Positions 8,018 through 17,507 are shown, counted from the first letter of the stretch. The stretch: DNA of 64,000 nt from Bacilli bacterium (GCA_035647455.1 DASRNI010000028.1:138736-202735); one strand, 5' to 3'. The notes: generated by a model from the letters alone, not told the origin. Numbers and translations: made by a program.

Positions 8018-9796
8018 ATGGGTGGGATTATAGCAGGTTACAAGCATGACGGTAAAATTAAAGAAACCTTATTGCGCGTACTTAAAAGGTTAGAGTACAA
8101 TAACCATGATTCTGCAGGACTTTGTATTGGTAATAACAAGGAATGTTTATCTTATCGTGTCGTTGGTAAGGTTGATGAACTTTCAAAAATTATTCCGGAA
8201 AAGTTTGATGGTGAGTTTGGGATTGGCCATACACGTTGGTCAACTTATAACGAGCAAATAATTGAAAATGTTTATCCAATTGTTTCACAAAACAAAATTG
8301 TTTCCGTCGTTTGTAATGGTTTAATTGATAACGTTTTACCAGTAAAAAAGCAACTTGAGCGTCGCGGATATAGTTTCAAGACTAAATCAGCGGTTGAAGT
8401 GCTTGCTAATTTACTTGAAGAAGTTATTGTGCAAAAAAATGAAGGAATACCCGCGATTCGTCGTGCTTTAGCACAACTCGAAGGTGATTTTTCATTTGTC
8501 TTTACATCGCGCTACGAACCAAACAAACTCTATTTTGCTAAAAACAAGTCCAATTTACTGTTAGCAAAAAATGGCCATGATTTTTGGATTAGCAGTCAGT
8601 ATACTGCAATTGCCGATATTGCAAATTCGTTTTATCGACTTAATGATTATGAGCATGGTTATTTTCATGCTAATAATGTTGTTATCATCAACATTAATAA
8701 CGAAGAAATCGAACCGGTATTTTCGCAACTAGAAATAAAAGACGAAGAGAATTTAGAATTAGCTAACTACGCTCATTATATGATTAAAGAAATTGAAGAA
8801 GCTCCGCGCGTAATCAGTCGCGTTGTTAATCGCTACTATGGCGGCGGTAAATATCTCTTTAGTGAAAAGATTATTGATTTAATCAATAGTGCTGATAATA
8901 TTGTTTTCCTTGCCGCAGGAACTAGTTACCACGCTGCACTTGTTGGACAAAGATACTTACGCGGTTACAATAAACAGGTTGACGTTTATATCGCCAGCGA
9001 ATGGTATTATTACCCATATCAAAGTAAGGGTGAAACTTTATATATTTTAATTTCTCAATCCGGTGAAACAGCGGATCTTATTGATTGTTTAAGTGTTATC
9101 AAACGTTACAACGGAACAACATTAACAATCACAAATACAGAAGTATCGACACTTTATCTTGAAAGTGATTATCAAATTTTACTCCATGCTGGTGCGGAAT
9201 ATAGTGTGGCAAGTACTAAAGCCTATATTGCCCAAATTACAGTATTAACATTGCTTTATGCCCATTTAATTAATAAAGTCCAAACAGTTATTTACCTTGA
9301 TGGTGTGATCAATGTTGTTGAAGATGTTATTAAGCGTAGTGAAGAAATTCAAAGCATTGCCGAAAAAATCGCTAATCATCGTGACGTTTACTTCTTAGGC
9401 CGTGGTTTTGATGCTGATATCGCACTTGAAGCCCAATTAAAATTTAAAGAAACAACATATATTCATGCTGAAGCTTATCCGGGTGGAGAAATTAAGCATG
9501 GACCAATCGCGCTTATTGATGATGGCACTCCAGTCGTTGTTTTTATTAGTGACAAAGCAACAGCAGCGGCGATGCGTGAAAATATTGCTGAACTAAAGAA
9601 ATCAGGAGCGGAAATAATTACGTGTGTAAGTGAAGAACATTACCAAGAAGGTGATTCGTTTGTTGTTAAAATGGTTAAAGGTTATCATAGCCCAATTACA
9701 TTCGCAGTATTTGCGCAGTATTTAGCGTATTTTACTGCCGTTAAACTAGGTCGCGATGTCGATCGACCACGAAATCTTCAGAAGGCCCTTTCATAA
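8018..9796 (+). CDS. glmS: GlmS-like glutamine-fructose-6-phosphate aminotransferase homolog lacking the N-terminal catalytic Cys
   Basis: 592 aa. The N-terminus MGGIIAGY replaces MCGIVG. The SIS repeats carry SQSGETADLI, GGEIKHGPIALID and a C-terminal DVDRPRNLQK. An in-frame TAG at 8000-8002 excludes a longer N-terminus. Confidence 0.8.
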   Translation: MGGIIAGYKHDGKIKETLLRVLKRLEYNNHDSAGLCIGNNKECLSYRVVGKVDELSKIIPEKFDGEFGIGHTRWSTYNEQIIENVYPIVSQNKIVSVVCNGLIDNVLPVKKQLERRGYSFKTKSAVEVLANLLEEVIVQKNEGIPAIRRALAQLEGDFSFVFTSRYEPNKLYFAKNKSNLLLAKNGHDFWISSQYTAIADIANSFYRLNDYEHGYFHANNVVIININNEEIEPVFSQLEIKDEENLELANYAHYMIKEIEEAPRVISRVVNRYYGGGKYLFSEKIIDLINSADNIVFLAAGTSYHAALVGQRYLRGYNKQVDVYIASEWYYYPYQSKGETLYILISQSGETADLIDCLSVIKRYNGTTLTITNTEVSTLYLESDYQILLHAGAEYSVASTKAYIAQITVLTLLYAHLINKVQTVIYLDGVINVVEDVIKRSEEIQSIAEKIANHRDVYFLGRGFDADIALEAQLKFKETTYIHAEAYPGGEIKHGPIALIDDGTPVVVFISDKATAAAMRENIAELKKSGAEIITCVSEEHYQEGDSFVVKMVKGYHSPITFAVFAQYLAYFTAVKLGRDVDRPRNLQKALS

Positions 9797-10445
9797 AGTG
9801 ATTAAGAATGAAGCACTTGACTTTCGGTATTTATTGCTCGAATATTACAAAAGTTTAAGAATTAGTGAAATTGATTTAGTTGTTTTGCTTTTTATCGATC
9901 ATCTAATTATTAAAGGTACAGATTTTATTACACCGGATTTAATCAACTTACAAACACAAATTGAACAAAAGGCGATTGATGAAGCAATGGTCCGTCTTGT
10001 TAACAAAGGATTGCTCGAATATACAACACGCAACGGGAAAATGATTACCTCACTTAATCCACTTCGTGATAAGTTACGGCAACTTTTTTTACTTGATTAT
10101 GAGCAAGAAAAAGAAAGTAAAGCAAATGAGCAATATACAAATGAAATTGAAGAAGTGTTTGTTTTTATTACGAACAAATTTGGCCGTTCACTTTCACCAA
10201 TTGAACTTCAAACAGTTAAACAATGGTTTGAGTATGGTTATTCGAAACAAATGATTGTCGACGCAATCGAAGAAAGTATTAGTAAAAAGCGTTATTCACT
10301 TAAGGCAATTGATAAGCGACTTTTAAAACTTTCAACCGCCGTTGATTATAAAGACGAAGGCGTTAGCGCGCAAGATAGTAAATATCGCAAAAATATTGCC
10401 GCAACACTTGAAGAAGTTAAGAAAGAGTTTGATGACAAAAACTAA
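9756..10445 (+). CDS. dnaD: DnaD-domain replication initiation/membrane attachment protein
   Basis: C-terminal DnaD-like repeat: LSPIELQTVKQWFEYGYSKQMIVDAIEESI..KRYSLKAIDKRL. dnaD-nth synteny as in Bacillus. Start is ambiguous (ATG 9756 or GTG 9798). Confidence 0.7.
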   Translation: MSIDHEIFRRPFHKVIKNEALDFRYLLLEYYKSLRISEIDLVVLLFIDHLIIKGTDFITPDLINLQTQIEQKAIDEAMVRLVNKGLLEYTTRNGKMITSLNPLRDKLRQLFLLDYEQEKESKANEQYTNEIEEVFVFITNKFGRSLSPIELQTVKQWFEYGYSKQMIVDAIEESISKKRYSLKAIDKRLLKLSTAVDYKDEGVSAQDSKYRKNIAATLEEVKKEFDDKN

Positions 10446-11067
10446 ACTAAGTTATATTCTTGACTATTTTGATGAACTTTACCCTGATGTGAAGGGTGAG
10501 CTTTTATACACGCAAGATTACGAACTACTTATAGCGGTTGTTTTAAGTGCCCAGGCAACGGATAAACAAGTGAACATAGTCACAACAAAACTTTTTAGTG
10601 AACATCAAACGTTCGAAAGTTTATTAAAGTTAACAATTAAAGACTTTGAATATTACTTTCGTAGTTTAGGCTTGTTTCGGAATAAGTCAAAACATGTTTA
10701 TGAATTAATTCGTTTATTAAAAGAAAATTATCATAGTAAAGTTCCCTCCGATAAAGAAGCACTCTTAACGCTGCCTGGTGTAGGTGTTAAAACAGCAAAC
10801 GTTGTTCGTGCTGAATTATTTAAGATTCCCGAAATTGCCGTTGATACGCATGTTGCTCGCGTTTCAAAACGATTAGGTTTTGCAAAATGGAGTGATAACG
10901 TCACAATTATCGAACGAAAGCTACGGAAAGCACTACCAACTGAACGTTACATTAAAACCCATCATCAAATGATTCACTTCGGACGATATTTCTGTAAAGC
11001 ACAAAATCCGAACTGCAAAAAATGTCAATTAGTTGCGGTTTGTTTAGAACCAAATAAAAATTTATAA
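10432..11067 (+). CDS. nth: Endonuclease III (DNA glycosylase/AP lyase)
   Basis: HhH-GPD motif LPGVGVKTANVV, catalytic DTHV, and Fe-S motif CKAQNPNCKKCQLVAVC. The start is taken at the internal ATG 10432 (MTKTKLSYIL) of the 10342 ORF. Confidence 0.9.
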   Translation: MTKTKLSYILDYFDELYPDVKGELLYTQDYELLIAVVLSAQATDKQVNIVTTKLFSEHQTFESLLKLTIKDFEYYFRSLGLFRNKSKHVYELIRLLKENYHSKVPSDKEALLTLPGVGVKTANVVRAELFKIPEIAVDTHVARVSKRLGFAKWSDNVTIIERKLRKALPTERYIKTHHQMIHFGRYFCKAQNPNCKKCQLVAVCLEPNKNL

Positions 11068-11643
11068 GTTAAATAACGTTTTAACGGCAGGTAGATAATT
11101 TAAGATTGGATTTATTCCAAGGGGTACAACGATGCCCTCTTGCTTAATAGTTTCGTATGGAATTGATTTGCGTTTGTTTGTTTTGATAAAATTTAGCAGC
11201 TTTTCCGCAGAATACACATAAATTTCTGCTTGAGCGACGAATTCAATAATAAAAAAAGCAATTCCACCTTGCTCGATTACTTTTTGCAAGTGGAATAATT
11301 GATGCTCATAAATATTACTTAAGGGAAAACTAGTTTTTTGTTGTGTGCTCTTTGCTTCAAAGTCAAGATAACGCTCCATATAAATACCGTTATAATCTGT
11401 TGTTGATTGTTTTTCGAAATAGGCATCAACTATTTTTGCACCTTTCTTATAGTCAATTTTAACGACATTAATTGGTGTGGGTCTTTTCGTGATTAAAGCG
11501 ATATTATTATCAATATAGTAAGCATTTGCGGCATTAATGAGTGATTCTAGCTGCATTCCACGGTTTGCTGCAGTTTTAGTTTTGCGTAATTTAGTTTGTT
11601 TTATTGGTAGCTTTTTGCGCCCGTCGGGATAATTTATACTCAT
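11062..11643 (-). CDS. recU: Holliday junction resolvase RecU
   Basis: 193 aa. N-terminal RGMQLESLINAANAYY and the DFEAKST catalytic region are typical of RecU. Confidence 0.88.
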   Translation of the reverse strand: MSINYPDGRKKLPIKQTKLRKTKTAANRGMQLESLINAANAYYIDNNIALITKRPTPINVVKIDYKKGAKIVDAYFEKQSTTDYNGIYMERYLDFEAKSTQQKTSFPLSNIYEHQLFHLQKVIEQGGIAFFIIEFVAQAEIYVYSAEKLLNFIKTNKRKSIPYETIKQEGIVVPLGINPILNYLPAVKTLFNL

Positions 11644-12362
11644 TCAATTTCCTCACGGATAAATTTCTCAAAGTCGTCAGAAGTAGCTTGACCTTCTTTT
11701 ACAATCTTTTGGATAAGTTTTTTATAAGGTCGGGGTATTTTCGTAAGACCAAGGAGCATTTCGCGGTATTTTCCGACGATTAAATCAGTATTTTTAAACA
11801 AACTATCATATAGCCCTGCAAGCATTAACGCATCATTTAGTGGGTCATGCGCTGGTTCGATAAGGGGAACCTCAAAAAGTTTGCAAAGATTAGTTAGTGA
11901 GTAAGTGTTTTTACCGTCTTTGACATATTCATTAATAATTGCACTTAAATCGACTGTTCGCTTACCGATAGTTTTAATAAATTCATGATCAGCTTCTGGA
12001 GTATATTTAGCGCTTTGCCGTAAGATACGCATATCGTGTGCACCAAAAGTAACATACTTTGTTTTACTAATATTTCGGCCAATAAATTTCTTAAAGCGTT
12101 CAAGAACGACATCAAACGGTAACCCTTCATTTTCAAGTATTTCCTTAGTAATTCCTGTTAATTGCACGACATAACGGCCAATTGAGTTTTTTGGCTTCAC
12201 ATACATTTTGAGTGTATCACCGCGTCTTTTAATTGTCCCTTTTCGGGTTAATGTGACTTTCAGTGCACCGATCGCAATTAACTCATGGGTAAACTGTGTT
12301 CCTTCTAAATCGAGAAAGATAAGTTGCTTCGAATGGCGCACTTGATTGTAAAGCTTTTTCAT
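11640..12362 (-). CDS. DEDDh-family 3'-5' exonuclease (KapD/ERI-like)
   Basis: Exo motifs FLDLEGT, FGAHDMRIL and HDPLNDALMLAGLY. 4-nt overlap with the recU start. Confidence 0.75.
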   Translation of the reverse strand: MKKLYNQVRHSKQLIFLDLEGTQFTHELIAIGALKVTLTRKGTIKRRGDTLKMYVKPKNSIGRYVVQLTGITKEILENEGLPFDVVLERFKKFIGRNISKTKYVTFGAHDMRILRQSAKYTPEADHEFIKTIGKRTVDLSAIINEYVKDGKNTYSLTNLCKLFEVPLIEPAHDPLNDALMLAGLYDSLFKNTDLIVGKYREMLLGLTKIPRPYKKLIQKIVKEGQATSDDFEKFIREEIE

Positions 12363-12369
12363 AACTACA

Positions 12370-12378
12370 ATTATACCA
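12370..12378 (-). promoter_or_regulatory. Extended -10 element placed for a (near-)leaderless exonuclease-recU transcript
   Basis: The minus strand reads TGgTATAAT, then 7 nt (tgtagtt), then ATG (12362). No SD in between. Confidence 0.45.
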
Positions 12379-12397
12379 TATTAAACTTGCCCTTATA

Positions 12398-12426
12398 TTG
12401 CACTAAACGTAGTTTACATATATAAT
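12398..12426 (+). promoter_or_regulatory. Sigma-70-type promoter of gpsB
   Basis: TTGCAC, 17 nt, TATAAT (12421-12426). Followed by SD AGGAAG and ATG 12447. Confidence 0.5.
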
Positions 12427-12446
12427 ATCTGTGCAAGGTTAGGAAG

Positions 12447-12794
12447 ATGAAACAACTTAATTTAGATGAACAAAAGTTATTGAAGAAAAAATTCAAAGCT
12501 AACGTTAAAGGTTATGACGCACTTGAAGTTGATTTGTTTCTCGACTTAGTGCGTAGTGACTACTTAGTGATTGGACAAATAACAGCGGAACTAAAAAAAG
12601 CGTTGACATCAAACGATACTTTGCAAAAAAGGATCCTCGACTTAGAAGCGAGAAATATTGTTCTTACAAAGCGTGTTCAAGATTTAGAATCTCATGTTGA
12701 GAAAAAAGGCGTGACACTCGAACTCTTGAAAAAAGTTGATAAGTATGAACGGAAACTTTGGCAACTAGGAATAGATCCACAAAAGATTGGTTAA
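12447..12794 (+). CDS. gpsB: DivIVA-domain protein, GpsB-like
   Basis: N-terminal FKANVKGYDALEVDLFLDLV DivIVA motif followed by a coiled coil. recU-gpsB-rnpB neighbourhood as in Bacillus subtilis. Confidence 0.75.
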   Translation: MKQLNLDEQKLLKKKFKANVKGYDALEVDLFLDLVRSDYLVIGQITAELKKALTSNDTLQKRILDLEARNIVLTKRVQDLESHVEKKGVTLELLKKVDKYERKLWQLGIDPQKIG

Positions 12795-13146
12795 TATTCG
12801 ATCTGGATAATTGCTGGTACGAAAGTATTAGAGGAAAGTCCATGCTCGCACTTGCTGTGATGCAAGTAGTGATTGTGCTAGCGGAAAAAATAACGCTAGG
12901 TAGAGAGGAGTCTCTAACGGCGGAAGAAAACCTAAGTTTACGCAAGTGAATATGGTTGACATCCATAAAGTGCCACAGTGACGAAGTTAATAGGAAACTA
13001 TTAAGTGGAACGTTGGTAAACCCCACAAGCGAGAAACCTAAAATTTGGTAAGGGAAATAGCAACCGAGAAACGAATTGGGCGCTGTATGCGGGAGCATAG
13101 ATAAATAATTATCCACGACAGAACATGGCTTATAGGATCGAATACT
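12794..13146 (+). ncRNA. rnpB: RNase P RNA (type B, Firmicutes/Tenericutes-like)
   Basis: Universal P4 strands GAGGAAAGTCCATGCTCGCAC and ACAGAACATGGCTTA. P1 pairing is TATTCGATC (5') with GATCGAATA (3'). Length about 350 nt. Confidence 0.9.
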
Positions 13147-13164
13147 CACTCGAAGGAGAAATAA

Positions 13165-13794
13165 ATGAATTTACCGAATAAATTAACAACGATCAGAATG
13201 GCGCTTGTTGTCGCTCTGATTGTCCTTTTAGTTTTTCCGTATAGTTATTTTGCAATTGAAGTACCTTATGTTTTAAATGGTGCTGTATCACTTGTTTACT
13301 TAATCGGGGCAGTTATTTTTATTATTGCGGCAATTACCGACTTTTTTGATGGTTATTTTGCCCGAAAACTGAATTTAATCACTAATTACGGAAAATTCAT
13401 GGATCCAATTGCTGATAAACTTTTAGTAAACTCACTATTAATTATTTTAATTGCTCCGCAATTTGCCTATCATCAGGCCGTTCCGCTTATACTTGTAGTG
13501 CTCATGATTGGGCGCGATATTATTGTTGACGGCTTTCGACTTGTTGCGGCTAATCAAAATAAAGTTTTAGCAGCAAACATTTTCGGGAAAATTAAAACGG
13601 TTTTACAAATGATCGCGATTGTTCTTTATTTACTTAATGATTTTCCGTTTTCGAACCAAATGACAGGAAGCGCACCACCTTTTGTAAGTTTAATAATTAT
13701 GATTTTAGCAACTGTAGCATCGGTAACATCAGGAATTATTTATATTGCTAAAAATCGTCACGTCTTAAGTGAAGAAACAAGTGCAGATGAGTAA
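13165..13794 (+). CDS. pgsA: CDP-diacylglycerol-glycerol-3-phosphate 3-phosphatidyltransferase
   Basis: CDP-alcohol phosphotransferase motif DFFDGYFARKLNLITNYGKFMDPIADK. Polytopic membrane protein. pgsA-cinA-recA synteny. Confidence 0.9.
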   Translation: MNLPNKLTTIRMALVVALIVLLVFPYSYFAIEVPYVLNGAVSLVYLIGAVIFIIAAITDFFDGYFARKLNLITNYGKFMDPIADKLLVNSLLIILIAPQFAYHQAVPLILVVLMIGRDIIVDGFRLVAANQNKVLAANIFGKIKTVLQMIAIVLYLLNDFPFSNQMTGSAPPFVSLIIMILATVASVTSGIIYIAKNRHVLSEETSADE

Positions 13795-14257
13795 TAAAGA
13801 GAAAGTCATTAAAATTTTAAAAGAAAACAACTTAACACTTGGTGTTGTTGAGTCTTTTACTGGTGGTCTTTTTTCAAGTAGCATTGTTGACGTAGCGGGC
13901 GCAAGTAGTTTTTTTAAAGGCAGCGTTGTTTCGTATAGCAATGAAATAAAAACTAATATCGTAAATGTTAGCGCTGAATTAATTCAAGAAGTTGGTGTTG
14001 TGAGCGGTAAAGTGGCGTTAGAAATGGCGAAAGGTGGAAAAGCACTATTAAATGTAGATCTTTGTCTCGCCTTTACTGGTAACGCTGGTCCAACGGTGCT
14101 TGATGGCAAAGAAAAAGGCGATGTTTATATCGCGGTTATTTATAAAAATTTAGAAATAGTTGAATATTACCAACTTGATTTTGATCGAAATAGTGTCCGC
14201 AAAGAAGGTGTAAAAAAAGGTTGGGATGTGCTTTATCGTGTCTTAAACCAAAAATAA
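13787..14257 (+). CDS. pncC: CinA C-terminal domain protein (nicotinamide-nucleotide amidohydrolase PncC-like)
   Basis: VESFTGGLFSS motif. About 156 aa with no MoCF-binding N-domain. The start is taken at ATG 13787, overlapping the pgsA stop; the ORF opens at 13769. Confidence 0.78.
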   Translation: MSNKEKVIKILKENNLTLGVVESFTGGLFSSSIVDVAGASSFFKGSVVSYSNEIKTNIVNVSAELIQEVGVVSGKVALEMAKGGKALLNVDLCLAFTGNAGPTVLDGKEKGDVYIAVIYKNLEIVEYYQLDFDRNSVRKEGVKKGWDVLYRVLNQK

Positions 14258-14288
14258 AATGTAATTATAAATATAGGAGAGAATTATT

Positions 14289-15266
14289 ATGTCAAAGAAA
14301 AAAGAAAATGCTGTTCTTGAGGCAACACTCAAGGAAATAGAAAAGTCGTTTGGAAAAGGCGCAATTATGCGTCTTGGTGAGCGTCCTGAAATTAATGTTG
14401 ATGTGATTCCAAGTGGTTCGCTTTTGCTTGATCAAGCTTTAGGTGTTGGCGGATATCCAAAAGGAAGAATCGTTGAAATATTTGGCCCTGAAAGTAGCGG
14501 TAAAACAACGCTTGCATTACATGCAATTGCCGAAGCACAGAAAAAAGGTGGCCAAGCTGCTTTTGTTGATGCGGAACACGCAATTGATCCGGTTTATGCT
14601 CGTAACTTAGGCATTAATATCGATGAACTTATTTTAGCGCAGCCAGATCATGGTGAACAAGCTTTAGAAATTGTTTTAAAACTTGCCGAAAGTGGTGTCA
14701 TTGATTTAATTGTTGTTGATAGTGTTGCTGCGCTTGTCCCTGAAGCAGAGCTAACTGGTGAAATGGGTGACATGCAAGTTGGTTTACAAGCACGACTCAT
14801 GTCGAAAGCAATGCGTAAACTTGCGGGTATTTTAAACAAAGCCTCGTGTACAGTTATTTTTATTAACCAACTCCGTGAAAAAGTTGGGGTAATTTACGGT
14901 AATCCCGAAGTAACTTCTGGTGGACGCGCCTTGAAGTTTTATTCGTCAATTAGAGTTGATATTCGTCGTGGCGAAGCACTTAAAAAGGGTTCGAAGTTAG
15001 TTGGTAACATGGCGCGAATTCGTGTTGTCAAAAATAAAGTCGCTCCACCGTTTGCATCTTGTGAGGTTGAAATCATTTATGGTAAAGGTATTTCGAAAAA
15101 CAATGAGATACTCCAACTCGCTGTTGATATGGATTTAGTAAAAAAATCAGGTTCATGGTATGAAATAGACGGACAAAGTATGGGTCAAGGTAAAGATGCC
15201 GCGCAAAAATACTTAGAAGAGCGTCCAGAACTACTTGCTGAGTTAGAAGCAAAAATTAAAGCTTAG
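14289..15266 (+). CDS. recA: Recombinase RecA
   Basis: [12 protein letters not shown] Walker A, VVDSVAAL and [11 protein letters not shown]. Strong SD. Confidence 0.97.
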   Translation: MSKKKENAVLEATLKEIEKSFGKGAIMRLGERPEINVDVIPSGSLLLDQALGVGGYPKGRIVEIFGPESSGKTTLALHAIAEAQKKGGQAAFVDAEHAIDPVYARNLGINIDELILAQPDHGEQALEIVLKLAESGVIDLIVVDSVAALVPEAELTGEMGDMQVGLQARLMSKAMRKLAGILNKASCTVIFINQLREKVGVIYGNPEVTSGGRALKFYSSIRVDIRRGEALKKGSKLVGNMARIRVVKNKVAPPFASCEVEIIYGKGISKNNEILQLAVDMDLVKKSGSWYEIDGQSMGQGKDAAQKYLEERPELLAELEAKIKA

Positions 15267-15288
15267 CTATTTTTACTACGATACGAAA

Positions 15289-15315
15289 GGTGCGATGTGA
15301 TGTCGCATCTTTTTG
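15289..15315 (+). terminator. Intrinsic terminator after recA
   Basis: GGTGCGA tgtgatg TCGCATC hairpin followed by TTTTTG. Confidence 0.6.
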
Positions 15316-15354
15316 TTTTATTATGTATAATAAAAGATGGTAAAGGAGAACATT

Positions 15355-15720
15355 ATGGATAAAACTTTTATTTTAGTTGGACGTGTGTTTGCATACGTTA
15401 CTAGTGCAATTTACTTTTTGACAATTTTTCTTATTCCTTTAGGTGTTTTAAATATTGTTGCGGGAAACAAATTAGGTAAAGCCGCAGAAGGTGAATTAAC
15501 GACAGAAGAAGTGCAAGGTTGGGCAATTTATTTAATTTTTACAACAGTAATCGGAGGAATCTTCGCACTACTCGGTATTAATGATGCGACAATTGCGATT
15601 CAAAGCAATAAAGTATCTGTTGAAGATCAACTTCGCGAATTAAAAAAATTATTTGACGATGGCTTAATTACAGAACAAGAACACGAAGAACGTCGTGAAA
15701 AAATCATTAGTAAACTTTAA
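15355..15720 (+). CDS. Membrane protein with C-terminal SHOCT-like domain
   Basis: Two predicted TM helices, then LRELKKLFDDGLITEQEHEERREKI (SHOCT-type motif). AAGGAGA SD 6 nt before ATG 15355. Confidence 0.6.
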   Translation: MDKTFILVGRVFAYVTSAIYFLTIFLIPLGVLNIVAGNKLGKAAEGELTTEEVQGWAIYLIFTTVIGGIFALLGINDATIAIQSNKVSVEDQLRELKKLFDDGLITEQEHEERREKIISKL

Positions 15721-15784
15721 TTATTGCGAATTTAAAAATCAGTTAACAATTTTATTGTAAATTTTTATTTTAAATAAAAAAACG

Positions 15785-15793
15785 TGTTATACT
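15785..15793 (+). promoter_or_regulatory. Extended -10 promoter element upstream of rny leader
   Basis: TGtTATACT. Would give a 5' UTR of about 150 nt containing two hairpins before ATG 15952. Confidence 0.35.
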
Positions 15794-15951
15794 TTATTTA
15801 CGCATGGAAATGCGTTCACCTAAACACAAAGTTAGGTTATTAATTCTTCTAAATTTACATTAAACTTAAAATATTAATAAATAATGGCGTCGTTTAGGAC
15901 TCAAATTTTACTAATTAAATTACATAGTAATTACAAAGAAAGGAATTTAAA

Positions 15952-17505
15952 ATGGACAAAATTTTAATAGGCATTTTATCTTTTCTTGTCGGAATTGGTT
16001 TAGGACTTTTGCTTTTTTGGTTAATTCCAGTCTTTAAAGCGAAGCAATCGTTGCAAAAATCGCAAAAAATCGTTAAAGATGCAGAGATTAAAAGTGAGCA
16101 TATTTTAAAAAATGCTGATTTAGATGCAAAACAAATTCTTTATGAAGGACGACAAGAATTAGATCGCGAAGACAAAGAACGACGAGGACAAATTAATGAA
16201 CTACAAAGATTAGTTGTAGAACGTGAAAAGGCGATGGAACGTCGTGATCAAGTGTTACTTAGCAAAGAACAATCACTTGATGATCGCCATGATAACTTAA
16301 GCAGACGGTTAAAAGAAGTTGATAAATTAGAAGAAGAACTTAAAACGAAAATTAATTCAATTTTAAGTGAACTTGAAAAAGTCGCAAATATGACTGTCGG
16401 CGAAGCGAAGGAAGAGTTATATACCCAAGTTAATGCAAAACTTGAACGTGAACTCGCCCTTTATATTAAAAATCGTGAAGAAGAAGCGGAAACAACTGCT
16501 AATGATACAGCACGTGAAATACTCGCTAATGCGATCGCTAAATATTCACAAGAAGTTACAACGGAAAGAACGGTTAGCGTTGTTCACTTACCAAATGACG
16601 AAATGAAGGGACGAATTATTGGTCGTGAAGGCCGCAACATTCGTTCGCTTGAACAACTTTTAGGTGTTGATATTTTAATTGATGATACACCAGAAGTTAT
16701 TACCGTAAGTTCGTTTGATCCGATTCGTCGTGAAACAGCGAGACGTGCTGTTGAAGCACTTGTTAGTGACGGACGCATTCAACCAAGCAGAATTGAAGAA
16801 GTTGTTGAAAAAGTTAAAGGTGAACTTGACGAAGTAATTTTAAAAACTGGGAAAGATGCGGTTGCTGAACTAGGTATCCCAAACGTCCATAAAGATATGC
16901 TCAAATATATTGGCCGTTTAAAATACCGTACTTCATACGGGCAAAGCGCCTTAAAGCATAGTGTCGAAGTCGCGCATCTTGCTGGGATCATGGCTGCGGA
17001 ACTCGGCCTAAATATTTTAATGGCAAAACGTGCCGGATTATTCCATGACATTGGGAAAGCTGCTGACTTTGAATTAGAAGGAAGCCACGTTGAAATCGGT
17101 GCCCGCCTGGCAAAGAAGTATGGCGAAGCTGACTACGTTATTGATGGCATTGAATCGCACCATGGTGACAAACCAGCACGCTTTATATATTCACAACTTG
17201 TGATTGCTGCAGATACACTTAGTGCTGCTCGTCCGGGTGCACGAACGGAAACGCTCGAAAATTATATTAAACGACTCGAACAATTAGAAGAAATATGTAA
17301 ATCATTTGATGGTGTCCATACAAGTTTTGCGATGCAATCAGGCCGTGAAGTTCGTGTTATGGTTGTTCCCGATAAAATTGATGATGTTGCAGTGAATAAA
17401 TTAGCGCGTGAAATTCGTGAGAAAATCGAAGACGAAATGACATATCCTGGTCAAATTAAAGTCTCAGTTATTCGTGAATATCGTGCGACTGAAGTTGCAA
17501 AATAA
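15952..17505 (+). CDS. rny: Ribonuclease Y
   Basis: N-terminal TM helix, coiled coil, KH domain (GRIIGREGRNIRSLE) and HD domain (HDIGKA...HH). Confidence 0.95.
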   Translation: MDKILIGILSFLVGIGLGLLLFWLIPVFKAKQSLQKSQKIVKDAEIKSEHILKNADLDAKQILYEGRQELDREDKERRGQINELQRLVVEREKAMERRDQVLLSKEQSLDDRHDNLSRRLKEVDKLEEELKTKINSILSELEKVANMTVGEAKEELYTQVNAKLERELALYIKNREEEAETTANDTAREILANAIAKYSQEVTTERTVSVVHLPNDEMKGRIIGREGRNIRSLEQLLGVDILIDDTPEVITVSSFDPIRRETARRAVEALVSDGRIQPSRIEEVVEKVKGELDEVILKTGKDAVAELGIPNVHKDMLKYIGRLKYRTSYGQSALKHSVEVAHLAGIMAAELGLNILMAKRAGLFHDIGKAADFELEGSHVEIGARLAKKYGEADYVIDGIESHHGDKPARFIYSQLVIAADTLSAARPGARTETLENYIKRLEQLEEICKSFDGVHTSFAMQSGREVRVMVVPDKIDDVAVNKLAREIREKIEDEMTYPGQIKVSVIREYRATEVAK

Positions 17506-17507
17506 TT

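Noticed and set aside
12664-13149. ORFs 12664-13149 (-) and 12758-12949 (+)
   Set aside because: Both lie inside the RNase P RNA gene, whose conserved P4 strands and P1 closure are present. There are no SDs and no protein-like composition.
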